The notes under the pieces: generated by a model | The model's database searches: none | Seen by the model: only the letters and a program-made list of their open reading frames with translations | Told to the model about the DNA's origin: nothing | Part shown: positions 35,162 through 44,377 of the stretch, in pieces | Layout: each line of letters starts with the position of its first letter | Numbering within the stretch: the first letter of the stretch is position 1 | Translations under genes and position numbers: made by a program | From: a virus | Lineage: Duplodnaviria > Caudoviricetes | Virus record (IMG/VR): IMGVR_UViG_3300012943_000005 | Coordinates: 1-58,911 of that record | DNA: 58,911 nucleotides | Direction: 5' to 3' (one strand)

Positions 35162-36411
35162 TGTCGGACATCGACCGACCACCACCGCAGGACCTGGAGG
35201 CGGAGAGGTCTGCCCTCAACACGGTGTTCTCCCTCGGTCGCATCCCCGAGCCGCTGGCCATCCTCAACCCCGGCGACTTCTACCATCCGGCACACGAGGC
35301 GCTGTGGCAGGTAATCCTCTCCCTCTCCAGCCAAGGCAAGCCGACCGACGCCAACACCGTGCACGCCCGGCTGGCCGAGCGGCAGCTGACCCAGGCGCTG
35401 CGGATGATGCCCGACCTTGTGTCGGGTCCGTGGGCAGGGTCGCCCGACTCCTTATCCGAGATAATCCTCGACCGCTCCGGTCGTCGGCACGTGCTGCGCG
35501 AGGCGTGGCGGATGGTCAACGACGCCTACACCAGCGAGGACGGGTACGAGTCCATCCTCCAGCGTGCGGAGCACGGACTGTCCCAGGTCCCGGCGCGGGA
35601 CAGTGGGGTGATCGACGACCGGTGGTCGATCGACGACCTGCTCGGTGCCGACCTGCCCATCCCGGAGTGGGTGGTGCCCGACTTTCTGGCCAAGGGCGAG
35701 CGCATCATCGTGACCGGCGAGGAGGGGTTGGGCAAGTCCACCTTCATCCGCCAGATCGGGATGTGTGCGGCCGCCGGGATGCTGCCGTTCCCCCGGATCA
35801 CCGGTGGCAACTCTGTCACCCCGCGCAAGGTGATGATGGTCGACGCCGAGAACCCACTGCACATCGTCAAGGAGCAGATGTGGGGGATCAGGCGAGCCGT
35901 CATCGAGCATGGCCGGAGCATCGGCAGCGATGCCCTCGCGCTCTACAGCAAGCCGCAGGGACTGCACCTCGGCGAGGCTGGCGACCGGCGCTGGCTACAG
36001 CGCAGGATCAAGTTCGAGCAGCCCGAGGTGCTGGTGATGGGGCCGACCTACAAGCTCTACGTCTCCGACAACGAGGAGAAGGACGAGACCATCGCCCGCA
36101 CCCTCACCTCGGTGCTCGACGACCTCCGAGGTGAGGCGGTGCTGGTGCTCGAACACCACGCGGGCAACGAGCAGGGAGGGAACAAGCGGGCACTCCGCCC
36201 GATCGGCTCGTCGCTGTGGCGCCGCTGGCCGGAGTTCGGCTACGGCATCCGCCGTGAACAGGCACCCAAGACCGTCAAGCCGGCCGACGCGGCAGCCCGG
36301 CGGGTCGTCCTGCTGGAGCCCTGGCGTGGGCCGCGTGCGGTACGGCGCTGGCCCACCCTGATGGAGACAGGAGAGGACCTGCCGTGGAAAGAGTCCAACG
36401 GGTATGTGTGA
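35161..36411 (+). CDS. Replicative helicase (DnaB N-terminal domain plus RecA-like AAA domain)
   Basis: PPQDLEAERSAL...DFYHPAH; Walker A GEEGLGKST; VDAEN; RPIGSS. Confidence 0.9.
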   Translation: MSDIDRPPPQDLEAERSALNTVFSLGRIPEPLAILNPGDFYHPAHEALWQVILSLSSQGKPTDANTVHARLAERQLTQALRMMPDLVSGPWAGSPDSLSEIILDRSGRRHVLREAWRMVNDAYTSEDGYESILQRAEHGLSQVPARDSGVIDDRWSIDDLLGADLPIPEWVVPDFLAKGERIIVTGEEGLGKSTFIRQIGMCAAAGMLPFPRITGGNSVTPRKVMMVDAENPLHIVKEQMWGIRRAVIEHGRSIGSDALALYSKPQGLHLGEAGDRRWLQRRIKFEQPEVLVMGPTYKLYVSDNEEKDETIARTLTSVLDDLRGEAVLVLEHHAGNEQGGNKRALRPIGSSLWRRWPEFGYGIRREQAPKTVKPADAAARRVVLLEPWRGPRAVRRWPTLMETGEDLPWKESNGYV

Positions 36412-36426
36412 AGGAGGTGTGACTAG

Positions 36427-36454
36427 TTGCGTTTCGTTTGCCAAGTGGTATAAT
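36427..36454 (+). promoter_or_regulatory. Strong promoter
   Basis: TTGCGT-N16-TATAAT with TGn extension. Confidence 0.8.
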
Positions 36455-36486
36455 AGAAGTACGTAGAAGTCTGCCGTGTGACGACA

Positions 36487-36500
36487 TTATCCAGAGATAA
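36487..36500 (+). repeat. Junction palindrome variant TTATCCAGAGATAA
   Basis: 32 nt downstream of the -10 element, upstream of 36533. Confidence 0.75.
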
Positions 36501-36532
36501 ACCTCAACGGAGCAACCAACCGAAGGAGTGCC

Positions 36533-37570
36533 GTGAGACCGTCCGACCTGCTGTCCCATCAAGCCGAGTTCACCCGCCGCTACACCGCCGAGTCCAACCC
36601 AGACACCCGGATGGCACAGACCCTGTTCGCCGCCAGTTGGCTGGCCCACCAGGGCCGTAGCAACAGGGACCTGACCGAGTTGATGCGCAACATCGACACC
36701 CGGCCGAACCTGGTGCCCCAGGTGGTGCGTGACACCCCGGAGGTGATCGGCCACTTCGCCCAGATGGCGATGCCGATCAAGGTCGAGCCGACCATGGTGG
36801 ACCTGGTGTCGTGGGTAGCCGACGACTTCGCCGACACCGAGGCGATCGACATGGGACTGGCTCCCGCGCCGTTCGGTCTGGTGTTCCTGGAGAAGCCCAT
36901 CGTCTGCGCCGGCCCCGACGACCTGCCGGTGCACATCGACTGGCTGCTGTGGGGTCAGTCCTACGGCCAGACCTATCGGGGGATGGCCGTCTGCGGCTTC
37001 AACGACGGTGGTCGACCCGACCCACTCACCGCCCGCTGGCTCGCCGAGACGCGGCAGGCTGGCTACGGCGCGCATCCCTACCACTACGTCTTCATGGGAG
37101 CACTGGGCGACACCCTGCCACTGGGTCCGGCCGACGACGGCCCAACCTTCGCCCGGCCGGTCATCTACAACGACGTCAACGAGGACGGGGATGTGGTCAT
37201 GTCGTTCGCCACTTGGACCGGCTGGAACGTCAACCGCTGGGTCTACGCGCTCTGGGTGGTGATGAACCAGGAGATCGCCGACGTACGCGAGGAGCACGCC
37301 GACCGGGCGACCAAGCGGCGGATGGCACGGATGCGGCTGCCGCCGGCGGTCTCGGTGATCCGGCTGCGCCGGCCGGCCAACCCACACCGGCAGCACGAGG
37401 AGGGCCACGTCGAGTGGCAGCACCACTGGATCGTGCGCGGCCACCCCCGCTGGCAGGCGTGCGGACCGGGCAGACGGGAGCGGAAGCTGATCTGGGTGCC
37501 GATGCACACCAAGGGCGATCTGAGTAAGCCGTTACACCAGAGCAAGAAGGTCTACGACGTCGCACGTTAG
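36533..37570 (+). CDS. Conserved phage protein with C-terminal VRGH.R.Q..G...RK.IW motif
   Basis: 345 aa; HWIVRGHPRWQACGPGRRERKLIWVPMHTKG. Confidence 0.8.
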   Translation: MRPSDLLSHQAEFTRRYTAESNPDTRMAQTLFAASWLAHQGRSNRDLTELMRNIDTRPNLVPQVVRDTPEVIGHFAQMAMPIKVEPTMVDLVSWVADDFADTEAIDMGLAPAPFGLVFLEKPIVCAGPDDLPVHIDWLLWGQSYGQTYRGMAVCGFNDGGRPDPLTARWLAETRQAGYGAHPYHYVFMGALGDTLPLGPADDGPTFARPVIYNDVNEDGDVVMSFATWTGWNVNRWVYALWVVMNQEIADVREEHADRATKRRMARMRLPPAVSVIRLRRPANPHRQHEEGHVEWQHHWIVRGHPRWQACGPGRRERKLIWVPMHTKGDLSKPLHQSKKVYDVAR

Positions 37571-37580
37571 CCATGGATAA
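37567..37580 (+). repeat. Junction palindrome TTAGCCATGGATAA
   Basis: Contains the TAG stop of the 36533 gene. Confidence 0.9.
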
Positions 37581-37699
37581 GCGAGACAATGAAGCCCACT
37601 CCCCGGGTGTCAGCCAGGGAGTGGGCGAGACAGGACGAGCAGACCGTCCGTCGGAGTCCCAGCCTAGGGACACGGGCGGTGCGTCCGGAAGGAAACACC

Positions 37700-38692
37700 G
37701 TGAGTACAGAAGACACCTACCAGCCGGTACGTGCGGCTGCCGAGCAGCGAGCGGCGGGCGAGTCGGGCGGAGCCTGGCGACTCGCCGACCGGGTGCTCGA
37801 CCACATCCCCAACGGGGAGAACCACGGCGGCGACCGCCGTTCAAGCGTGGGGGCACCCCCCCTCTTGATCGCCCGGCTGACCGACCTGGCGACGCGGCTG
37901 ACCAACGACGGGGTGGAGACCCCCCAGGGTCTGCCCTACACCGCCGATGGGCTGGGCGAGCTGCGCAAGATGGCGATGGCCTGGCCGCCGGACACCCGTT
38001 GGAAGGAGGCGGCCTACCGCACCCACGAGGAGGCGGGAGGCAGTGACAACCCGAAGCGAAGCATCCTCTCGGCGCTGTGCTTCTACGCCGACACCGGCAC
38101 GGAGCAGCGACCGAGCGGGGTCAACATCATCAACTGGCGAGCGGCCATCACCTTGGTCGACACCGCCAAGCAGCGGGGCAGCCGCTACGTTGTCTCGGCC
38201 AACGCACTCCGGGTAGCCGCCGGGGGGAAGGCCAACGCCGGGGAGCGGCTGCGTGACGGCGAGGCGACCAACGTCGCTGAGCGGATCGCCCGCGACCCCG
38301 GCTTCGCTCGCGAGGTGGCCGAGGCGGTGGAGTCGAACGAGGAGGCGTACGTCGCCCTGGCCAAGGCGCAGAACGAGACCGAACAGGCACGCACCACCCA
38401 CCAATCACGGGAGCGTCGTGCTCACGAGCAGGAGGCAGCGGAGGCCGAGCAGGTCTACCACCTGTCCGGCTTCAAGCTGATGCCGGTGCTGCTGGAGTGC
38501 TCAGCCCTGGTCGAGTTCGTCGAGGAGCGGGTCGTCCACGAGACCGAGGACCAGGACAAGGCACGGCTCGCCGGGCAGTGGCTCCAGAACCTCGGCACCC
38601 GGCTGGTCGCCTGGGCCGACGGGCTGACCGAGCCACTCTCGGACGAGGACTTCGAGGCGGGCATCGAGGCGCTGATCGGGGAGGACCAGTGA
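37700..38692 (+). CDS. Hypothetical helical protein, possibly DNA-binding
   Basis: 330 aa; HGGDRRS motif; AAGGA RBS. Confidence 0.75.
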   Translation: MSTEDTYQPVRAAAEQRAAGESGGAWRLADRVLDHIPNGENHGGDRRSSVGAPPLLIARLTDLATRLTNDGVETPQGLPYTADGLGELRKMAMAWPPDTRWKEAAYRTHEEAGGSDNPKRSILSALCFYADTGTEQRPSGVNIINWRAAITLVDTAKQRGSRYVVSANALRVAAGGKANAGERLRDGEATNVAERIARDPGFAREVAEAVESNEEAYVALAKAQNETEQARTTHQSRERRAHEQEAAEAEQVYHLSGFKLMPVLLECSALVEFVEERVVHETEDQDKARLAGQWLQNLGTRLVAWADGLTEPLSDEDFEAGIEALIGEDQ

Positions 38693-39105
38693 GCGCGCCG
38701 ACCCCGGGGTCCAAGCGAGACGTCCGGATGCGCACGGTGAAGACCTACCTGCGCAGCGTGGGCGCGGCGTCGTACGACGGCATCGCCCGGGGGACCGGGC
38801 TGTCGCTGGCCGCGGTGGGGCAGGCGGTGGACGACCTGCGCTACCACGACGGCGAGGTGCTCGCCATTCCCGCGCACGGCAACCGCTGGGAGACCCGGCT
38901 CGGCTGGTGCCTGGAGACCAAGGTGGGGGAGGCCAGCCAGTTCCGGCACAACGGCACCCGTATCCGTCGACAGGCTCAGCGGATGGAGAACATCGCCAAC
39001 GAGTGCACCAACCCGCACGAGGCGATGCTGTTCCGCAACGAGGCACGGACCATGCACGCCGTGGCCGACAACCTGCTGGCCATGGCCGACACCATGAGCA
39101 CGTAG
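38689..39105 (+). CDS. Winged-HTH protein
   Basis: SYDGIARGTGLSLAAVGQAVDDLR. Confidence 0.7.
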   Translation: MSAPTPGSKRDVRMRTVKTYLRSVGAASYDGIARGTGLSLAAVGQAVDDLRYHDGEVLAIPAHGNRWETRLGWCLETKVGEASQFRHNGTRIRRQAQRMENIANECTNPHEAMLFRNEARTMHAVADNLLAMADTMST

Positions 39106-39118
39106 TCAGCACGGAGAC

Positions 39119-39149
39119 GACCCCGGTTTAGCCCGGCTAAGCCGGGGTC
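39119..39149. repeat. Junction palindrome (1-nt spacer, 39128-39140) inside a longer inverted repeat
   Basis: gaccccggt-TTAGCCCGGCTAA-gccggggtc. Confidence 0.8.
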
Positions 39150-39171
39150 ACCTACCCAAAAAGGAGCAACC

Positions 39172-39477
39172 ATGAGTAACCAAGAGACCCCGTGCACCGA
39201 CCGGTGCAAGAAGCCGGGGATCGGCTCCAGGATGGAGCACTGCAAGGTGTGTCACGAGACCTTCGCCGGGACGGAGCCGGGCGACAGTCACCGCACCGGT
39301 GAGCACGGCAAGGACCGTCGTTGCCGCTCTATCGAGGAGATGCTGGCCGGAGGCATGTGGCCACGGGTCGACCCGGATGGCAAGCGGGTCTGGCACGGCA
39401 GGGTCAATAGGGCAGGGGTGCAACGCCGCAGGGATGCCGCTGGTACACCGGTGGTCTCGGATTCTAGCCCCGCATGA
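39172..39477 (+). CDS. FDXHR-like zinc-binding protein
   Basis: HCKVCHETF....GDSHR...C. Confidence 0.7.
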   Translation: MSNQETPCTDRCKKPGIGSRMEHCKVCHETFAGTEPGDSHRTGEHGKDRRCRSIEEMLAGGMWPRVDPDGKRVWHGRVNRAGVQRRRDAAGTPVVSDSSPA

Positions 39478-39517
39478 CCCGCACCCCTACCAACTTACAC
39501 GCGAGAGGGCCAGGACC

Positions 39518-39724
39518 ATGACTTTGACCGCACAGGACACCACGCCGATCTGTCCCTGCTGCAACGGGGCAGGTACCCACGCCTACCGGGCCTACGCCCG
39601 GGGTGCCAGCCCCGGTGACGACGACGAGGGCTGCACGCTGTGCGGCGAGCGGGGTAGGACCTGGCACAACGGACGACCGGACTCCTGCTCGGGAGCCCGG
39701 GACCTACGAAGGAGAACACGATGA
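39518..39724 (+). CDS. DnaJ-type Zn-finger small protein
   Basis: CPCCNGAG...CTLCGERG. Confidence 0.55.
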   Translation: MTLTAQDTTPICPCCNGAGTHAYRAYARGASPGDDDEGCTLCGERGRTWHNGRPDSCSGARDLRRRTR

Positions 39725-40107
39725 GAACCGATACCGAGATCAAGCACCGCGCCGAGGAGACCGACAACTTCGGAGTACGTAGGCCGGAGGTACTGCGCTT
39801 CGAGACCGACGAGGTGACCTGGCAGCGAGCGGTGAATCGGCTGCCGTACGCCTGGAGCGTGGTCGCCAACCACCTCTACTTCGCCTGTGCCCGGGAGTCG
39901 GTCCGCTACGACGCCTGGCTGTGGCGGCTGTTCGGTGACCCCGACTACCACCAGTGGCTGACGCTGCCCTACCGCCCGTTCGGAGCACCGCGGCTGCTGG
40001 GTGCCACCCTGCTGCTCGGCGGCGAACAGCCGGCCGACGACCGGCTGATCAGGATGGCCCACGGGGAGGCGTGCGCCGACGACTGCACCCGGGGGTGTCT
40101 GTCGTGA
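39721..40107 (+). CDS. Hypothetical protein
   Basis: 128 aa, AGGAG RBS, C-terminal G..C...C..GC. Confidence 0.7.
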   Translation: MRTDTEIKHRAEETDNFGVRRPEVLRFETDEVTWQRAVNRLPYAWSVVANHLYFACARESVRYDAWLWRLFGDPDYHQWLTLPYRPFGAPRLLGATLLLGGEQPADDRLIRMAHGEACADDCTRGCLS

Positions 40108-40499
40108 CAGTGCTCCAGTCCTGGACCGAGGACACCACCATCCGCACCATCGCCATCTGGCGGTCCGACTCGGCCATCCTGGCCCGGCTGCGGCCGGTGC
40201 TGGACCGGCTGCACCACATCCCCGACCAGCCGTGCCTGTTCGGCCACGTGCCGTACTCGTGCCTGAAGGTCAATGACAACCACCTGTGCATCCCGTGTGC
40301 ACTGCGAGACATCCGGGCAGCCCTGTTCGGAGAGACCGACGAAGGAGCAACCGATGGACCTGGCCGAGCCGCTGCCGGATACCCCGGAGAAGGAGACCCT
40401 GACCGAGAGACAGCGGGCGAGGGTGGTCGCCCTGGAGATAGCCAGGCCACTGCTGACCTCGACCGGGATCGCCAGCAGGACCCCACCCAGCCTGGATGA
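40104..40499 (+). CDS. Hypothetical protein (3' part overlaps the next gene)
   Basis: GTGA overlap; CIPC. Confidence 0.45.
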   Translation: MTVLQSWTEDTTIRTIAIWRSDSAILARLRPVLDRLHHIPDQPCLFGHVPYSCLKVNDNHLCIPCALRDIRAALFGETDEGATDGPGRAAAGYPGEGDPDRETAGEGGRPGDSQATADLDRDRQQDPTQPG

Positions 40500-40683
40500 C
40501 CTGATCCGGCTGGCGACCTGGGTTCTCGACGGGATCACCGAGCCGCTCTACCCGTACACCGACACCGAGGCGACGGTGCACCTCGGCCCCGCGGTGTGGA
40601 TGGTGCCGGACGGCTACCTCTACGCCAACGGCGTGATCTACGAGCCGGTCACCGAGGAGGACGACGATGAATCCGGTCAGTGA
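40354..40683 (+). CDS. Hypothetical protein
   Basis: AAGGAGCAACC RBS; 109 aa. Confidence 0.7.
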   Translation: MDLAEPLPDTPEKETLTERQRARVVALEIARPLLTSTGIASRTPPSLDDLIRLATWVLDGITEPLYPYTDTEATVHLGPAVWMVPDGYLYANGVIYEPVTEEDDDESGQ

Positions 40684-40912
40684 CCGCAGTGTCGCCATCT
40701 ACCGGGCGATGGATCGCAGCCGCAACACCTGGCACGTCCAGCGCTCGCACACCGAAGATGAGCAGGCCTACCTGGACCGGGCGCTGCTGGCCGACGAACT
40801 CACGCGCACCCAGCGTCGGCTGGCCGAGGCCATCGACGCGCTCGGTGCCAGCGAGAGGGAGGTGTCAGCTCTTCGCGAGTCCATCCAGCAGCACCTCGAC
40901 AGCATCGAGTGA
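40667..40912 (+). CDS. Coiled-coil protein
   Basis: 81 aa, GAGGAG RBS. Confidence 0.7.
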   Translation: MNPVSDRSVAIYRAMDRSRNTWHVQRSHTEDEQAYLDRALLADELTRTQRRLAEAIDALGASEREVSALRESIQQHLDSIE

Positions 40913-40949
40913 GATTTATCCACACCTAAACACACAAGGAGCAACCACT

Positions 40950-41318
40950 GTGCGTGCCATCAAGATCGACCCCAACCCGGCCGTACCCATCGAGATCATC
41001 GCGGTGGAGTCTGGCTACCAGAACCTGGCTGCTGCGATCGGCGGGGGATGCCGCTACATCGAGCGGTTCGCCTGCCCACTCACCCCGACCTACGGCCTGG
41101 TCGGGGTCTGCGACGAGGAGGGGCAGTACAGCAGCAAGCAGCGGGAGAACCAACGGGCCTGGCCGCTCTACCCGGTGCCGAACTACGCCTTGAAGGGCGC
41201 GGTGCTGGTGATGGGCGAGGGCCTCACCCCTGGAGGGATTGACTTCATCGACCTACCCAACCCGGACCTGGCCATGAGCCTGGTCGCCACCCTGCTGGAA
41301 AGGACACACCATGCCTGA
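40950..41318 (+). CDS. DUF3846-like protein
   Basis: L...IGG...IE...CDEEG......N.RA...G.VLV.G. Confidence 0.7.
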   Translation: MRAIKIDPNPAVPIEIIAVESGYQNLAAAIGGGCRYIERFACPLTPTYGLVGVCDEEGQYSSKQRENQRAWPLYPVPNYALKGAVLVMGEGLTPGGIDFIDLPNPDLAMSLVATLLERTHHA

Positions 41319-41412
41319 CGCCGAACTGCTGTACGAGACCCTCGACCAGTACGACGAGGCGGGCTACGAGATTTGGGAGCCGGCCTCCGACGTCGAGGAC
41401 AGGGAGAACTGA
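41311..41412 (+). CDS. 33-aa acidic peptide
   Basis: AAGGA RBS, TGATG coupling. Confidence 0.45.
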   Translation: MPDAELLYETLDQYDEAGYEIWEPASDVEDREN

Positions 41413-41819
41413 TGCGGTGCTTTCAGATGATCAGGGATGAGGACCAGACCGGAATCTCCGGCACGGGGGTCGTGGCCCAAGGGGTGGAGTTCGACGACGG
41501 GACTGTTGTCATCCGCTGGCAGACCCACGGCGACTCCCACCACTCGACGGTGGTGTGGGCCAGTCTGGAGGACGCCCGGGCCATCCACGGGCACGGCGGC
41601 AGGACCTGGTTCCAGTTCACCCAGGGACTGCCGTGGCCGCCGGCGGACGAGCACAACGACCCAGCCGAGTTGGCCGAGGAGGGACGGCGGCTGGCCTCCC
41701 GTCGAGAGGACCTGATCGCCCAGGGGGTCGACCCCAACGACCTTGAAGTCCCGCTGCACCCGGTCGAGGCCACCGACGACGAGAACCTGCGCACCTGGAG
41801 GGAGGAGACCAATGGCTGA
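41412..41819 (+). CDS. Conserved phage protein
   Basis: R.ED.TGISGTGVVAQGVEFDDGTVVIRW...IHGHGGRT. Confidence 0.75.
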   Translation: MRCFQMIRDEDQTGISGTGVVAQGVEFDDGTVVIRWQTHGDSHHSTVVWASLEDARAIHGHGGRTWFQFTQGLPWPPADEHNDPAELAEEGRRLASRREDLIAQGVDPNDLEVPLHPVEATDDENLRTWREETNG

Positions 41820-42105
41820 GCAACAGTGGCTGTGCCGGTACTGCGGCAGGGCCATCCCGGGCGAGGTGTCCAGCCAGCCCTGCCCGGGCTCGCCCGACCG
41901 GATGCACCGCCGGGGGGAGCCGTGGTCACCGGAGGACGAGATCGACCCGGACTGCGTGCTGGTGGCCGGGTCGATGTTCGCCCTGCTGTCGGAGAACGAG
42001 CACGTGATCGACGCTGAGCCGATCGAGGGCCAGATGAACGCTGTCCGGTTCGGGCTGTCGTACCTGCGGTCCCGCTATCGGATCACCGTGAGCAAGGAGG
42101 AGTGA
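41812..42105 (+). CDS. Hypothetical Zn-finger protein
   Basis: CRYCG...CP.....H. Confidence 0.65.
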   Translation: MAEQQWLCRYCGRAIPGEVSSQPCPGSPDRMHRRGEPWSPEDEIDPDCVLVAGSMFALLSENEHVIDAEPIEGQMNAVRFGLSYLRSRYRITVSKEE

Positions 42106-42368
42106 TGGACGAGGATGAGGACCTGCCGGAGCTGGAGCCACTGGACCGGCGGGACTACATCATCGGCGAGGTCGAGCACCTGACCGGGTCGGACTGGCCG
42201 GAACGGATCGCCGACCGGCTGGGCTACGCGAACACCGCAGCCCTGCACATGGCGCTGCTGCGCTGGGGTCGACCCGACCTCGCCCACTGGTTCGAGCGCT
42301 GGGTCTTCGACGGCAACGTCCGCCCGGCACTGGTAGCCCAGATCGCCACCCGGAAGGCGGCAGCGTGA
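42102..42368 (+). CDS. Small HTH-like protein
   Basis: PERIADRLGY...AL...L.R.GRPDL. Confidence 0.65.
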   Translation: MMDEDEDLPELEPLDRRDYIIGEVEHLTGSDWPERIADRLGYANTAALHMALLRWGRPDLAHWFERWVFDGNVRPALVAQIATRKAAA

Positions 42369-42370
42369 GG

Positions 42371-42384
42371 TTAGCCGCGGATAA
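42371..42384 (+). repeat. Junction palindrome TTAGCCGCGGATAA
   Basis: Between the 42368 stop and the 42410 start. Confidence 0.9.
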
Positions 42385-42409
42385 ACACCAACCAACACGA
42401 GGAGCAACC

Positions 42410-42967
42410 ATGGACAACGAAGAACTGTTCGCCAGCCTGGCGATGGATGACAACGCCCTGCCGATCGCCATGATCGCGCACCAGGGGCCACCCCCTGCGG
42501 CGGAGTTCTACCTCTCCCTGATGCGCTCGATGATCGAGGAGACCGGCCAGGCCACCGGCTGCATCTGCTTCGGCACCGAGACCGTCAGCGGCATGTTCCC
42601 GCTGGTGCACTGCAACCCCCAGGAGGGACTCGGGCTGCTGATCCTGATGCGGCAGCAGGGTCTGGTCGACTCGATCGCCTGGGTCGCCCTGGCGGCGGAC
42701 TCCTGGCGGAAGGTCTTCCCCTCCGACGTCGACCCCGAGGACATCAACAAGGGGGACCTGGAGCGGATGCACGAGGCCGGGGACCCCGAGGTCGAGGAGG
42801 TGCTGATCGTCACCTGCAAGGCACCTGACGGCCCCGGCTACGACGCCTCTCAGGGCTACTCGCGCACGCCGGACGGCATCGAGTGGGCCGAGGTCGAGTA
42901 CCTCAGCCCTGGGGTCGACGTGCAGGGTGAGATCAACCGGCTGATGACCGAGCTGGTGCTGGCGTGA
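42410..42967 (+). CDS. Hypothetical protein
   Basis: 185 aa; GAGGAGCAACC RBS. Confidence 0.8.
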   Translation: MDNEELFASLAMDDNALPIAMIAHQGPPPAAEFYLSLMRSMIEETGQATGCICFGTETVSGMFPLVHCNPQEGLGLLILMRQQGLVDSIAWVALAADSWRKVFPSDVDPEDINKGDLERMHEAGDPEVEEVLIVTCKAPDGPGYDASQGYSRTPDGIEWAEVEYLSPGVDVQGEINRLMTELVLA

Positions 42968-43075
42968 GCCTGCTGGAGGTGATTGCCCTGGGCTTCGCGT
43001 CCGGGGTGATCGGCGGGGTGGCGTACGTCCACCTGACCGACTGGATCATCCGACACAGGATCGAGAGGAGGCGAT

Positions 43076-43303
43076 GTGATCACGCTGCACGTGGAAGCGA
43101 CAGCCACGGACCTGGAGTCCCTGACGGGCAAGATGCAGCAGATCGCTGACGACTTCTTCGGTCGCACGCCCTATGCCCCGGAGGGGGACCTGCGGGCATG
43201 GATCGAGGACGAGGTCACCGCGATGAACGGCACGGTGCTGCTGCGGAACTTCGCCGGGGAGCAGGACTTCCTCGGTGACGCCCAGGGACCGAGCAGCGAA
43301 TGA
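43076..43303 (+). CDS. Hypothetical protein
   Basis: GGAGG RBS. Confidence 0.6.
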   Translation: MITLHVEATATDLESLTGKMQQIADDFFGRTPYAPEGDLRAWIEDEVTAMNGTVLLRNFAGEQDFLGDAQGPSSE

Positions 43304-43512
43304 TGTTCTTCCGGGTGGGCAGGAGACGGTTCCGACTGAACCGGCAGGACACCGGCGTGAAGGGTCAGGCGTGGGTGCTGGAGCGCGAGGGTGCGTACAG
43401 CGAGCACGACGGCCAGCGCCGCAGCCGGCACTGCCGCACCGAGATTCCGGTCAATGAAGAGACCCTGACTCTGATGCTGGAGCAGGCCGTGAAGTGGCAG
43501 GACTCGTGGTAA
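43300..43512 (+). CDS. Hypothetical protein
   Basis: ATGA overlap. Confidence 0.6.
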   Translation: MMFFRVGRRRFRLNRQDTGVKGQAWVLEREGAYSEHDGQRRSRHCRTEIPVNEETLTLMLEQAVKWQDSW

Positions 43513-43835
43513 GAGCCACCGCCATACCGCAGCGAGCGCGCGACCAGGTCCGGTCGCGCGCTCGGCACCGGTGTGAACGGTGTCTGGTGCCCGCTCCGCA
43601 CGGGCACTGGCACCACCGCCGCTCCCGCTCCATCCGTGATGAGCACACGCATCATCCGTGCAATGGAGTCTGGCTGTGCCAGGCCTGCCACACCTGGGTG
43701 CACGCCAACCCACAGAACGCGCGGGACGACGGCTGGATCGTCAGCCGGGGGATGTGGCCCTGGCTGTACCCGTTCCGGACACCGGCCGGATGGGTGCTGC
43801 CCGACTGCGACGGCGGTTGGACCAACCCGCTGTGA
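43506..43835 (+). CDS. HNH-family nuclease
   Basis: RCERC...HHRRSRS...CNGVWLCQACHTWVH. Confidence 0.8.
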   Translation: MVRATAIPQRARDQVRSRARHRCERCLVPAPHGHWHHRRSRSIRDEHTHHPCNGVWLCQACHTWVHANPQNARDDGWIVSRGMWPWLYPFRTPAGWVLPDCDGGWTNPL

Positions 43836-43840
43836 AGGGC

Positions 43841-44140
43841 ATGAGTGAGGCGGACTTCGTGAAGCGGATCATCGACACCGCCCACCTGCTGCACTGGAAA
43901 TGCACGCATTTCCTACCGGCACACACGGGAAAGGGCTGGCGCACCGCGCTCCAGGGTGATCCTGGGTTCGTCGACATCGTCTTGGCCAAGGGTGGGTGCG
44001 TGTTGCACGTCGAGGTGAAGACTGACACCGGGAGAGTCCGACCTGACCAGATCGAGTGGGCCAAGGAGATCGGGCCGTCCTACCGGCTCTGGAGGCCACG
44101 GGACTGGGACGTGATCCTGGAGGAGCTGAAATCTCAGTGA
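43841..44140 (+). CDS. VRR-NUC / PD-(D/E)xK nuclease
   Basis: SEADF...PGFVDIVL...VEVKT..GRVRPDQ.EW...LWRPRD. Confidence 0.8.
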   Translation: MSEADFVKRIIDTAHLLHWKCTHFLPAHTGKGWRTALQGDPGFVDIVLAKGGCVLHVEVKTDTGRVRPDQIEWAKEIGPSYRLWRPRDWDVILEELKSQ

Positions 44141-44190
44141 GTTCTCAGGGGGCTGGGAAGTGGTCCGGCACATACGAGGACTTAGAACGT

Positions 44191-44245
44191 GTCGAGCCCC
44201 GGTCCGCTACATCCGCTTAATGGCGGCTGCGGCCCGGGGCTCGGC
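44191..44245. terminator. Long hairpin between convergent genes
   Basis: gtcgagccccggtccgc pairs imperfectly with gcggcccggggctcggc. Confidence 0.55.
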
Positions 44246-44363
44246 CACGACTATAACCCACCGTGCGCAGTGATGTCGTGCGAACGAGGATGGGCGGCTC
44301 TTCGACTGTCTACGCCTCCGTCGGCTCAGGGAACCAGGAGTCAGTGCTGCGCGGCACCGAGCT

Positions 44364-44377
44364 TTATCCGGGGCTAA
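44364..44377 (-). repeat. Junction palindrome (TTAGCCCCGGATAA on minus)
   Basis: Contains the TAG stop of minus-strand gene 44374..44652. Confidence 0.9.

Noticed and set aside
44141-44260. tRNA gene
   Set aside because: No cloverleaf or T-loop consensus could be built
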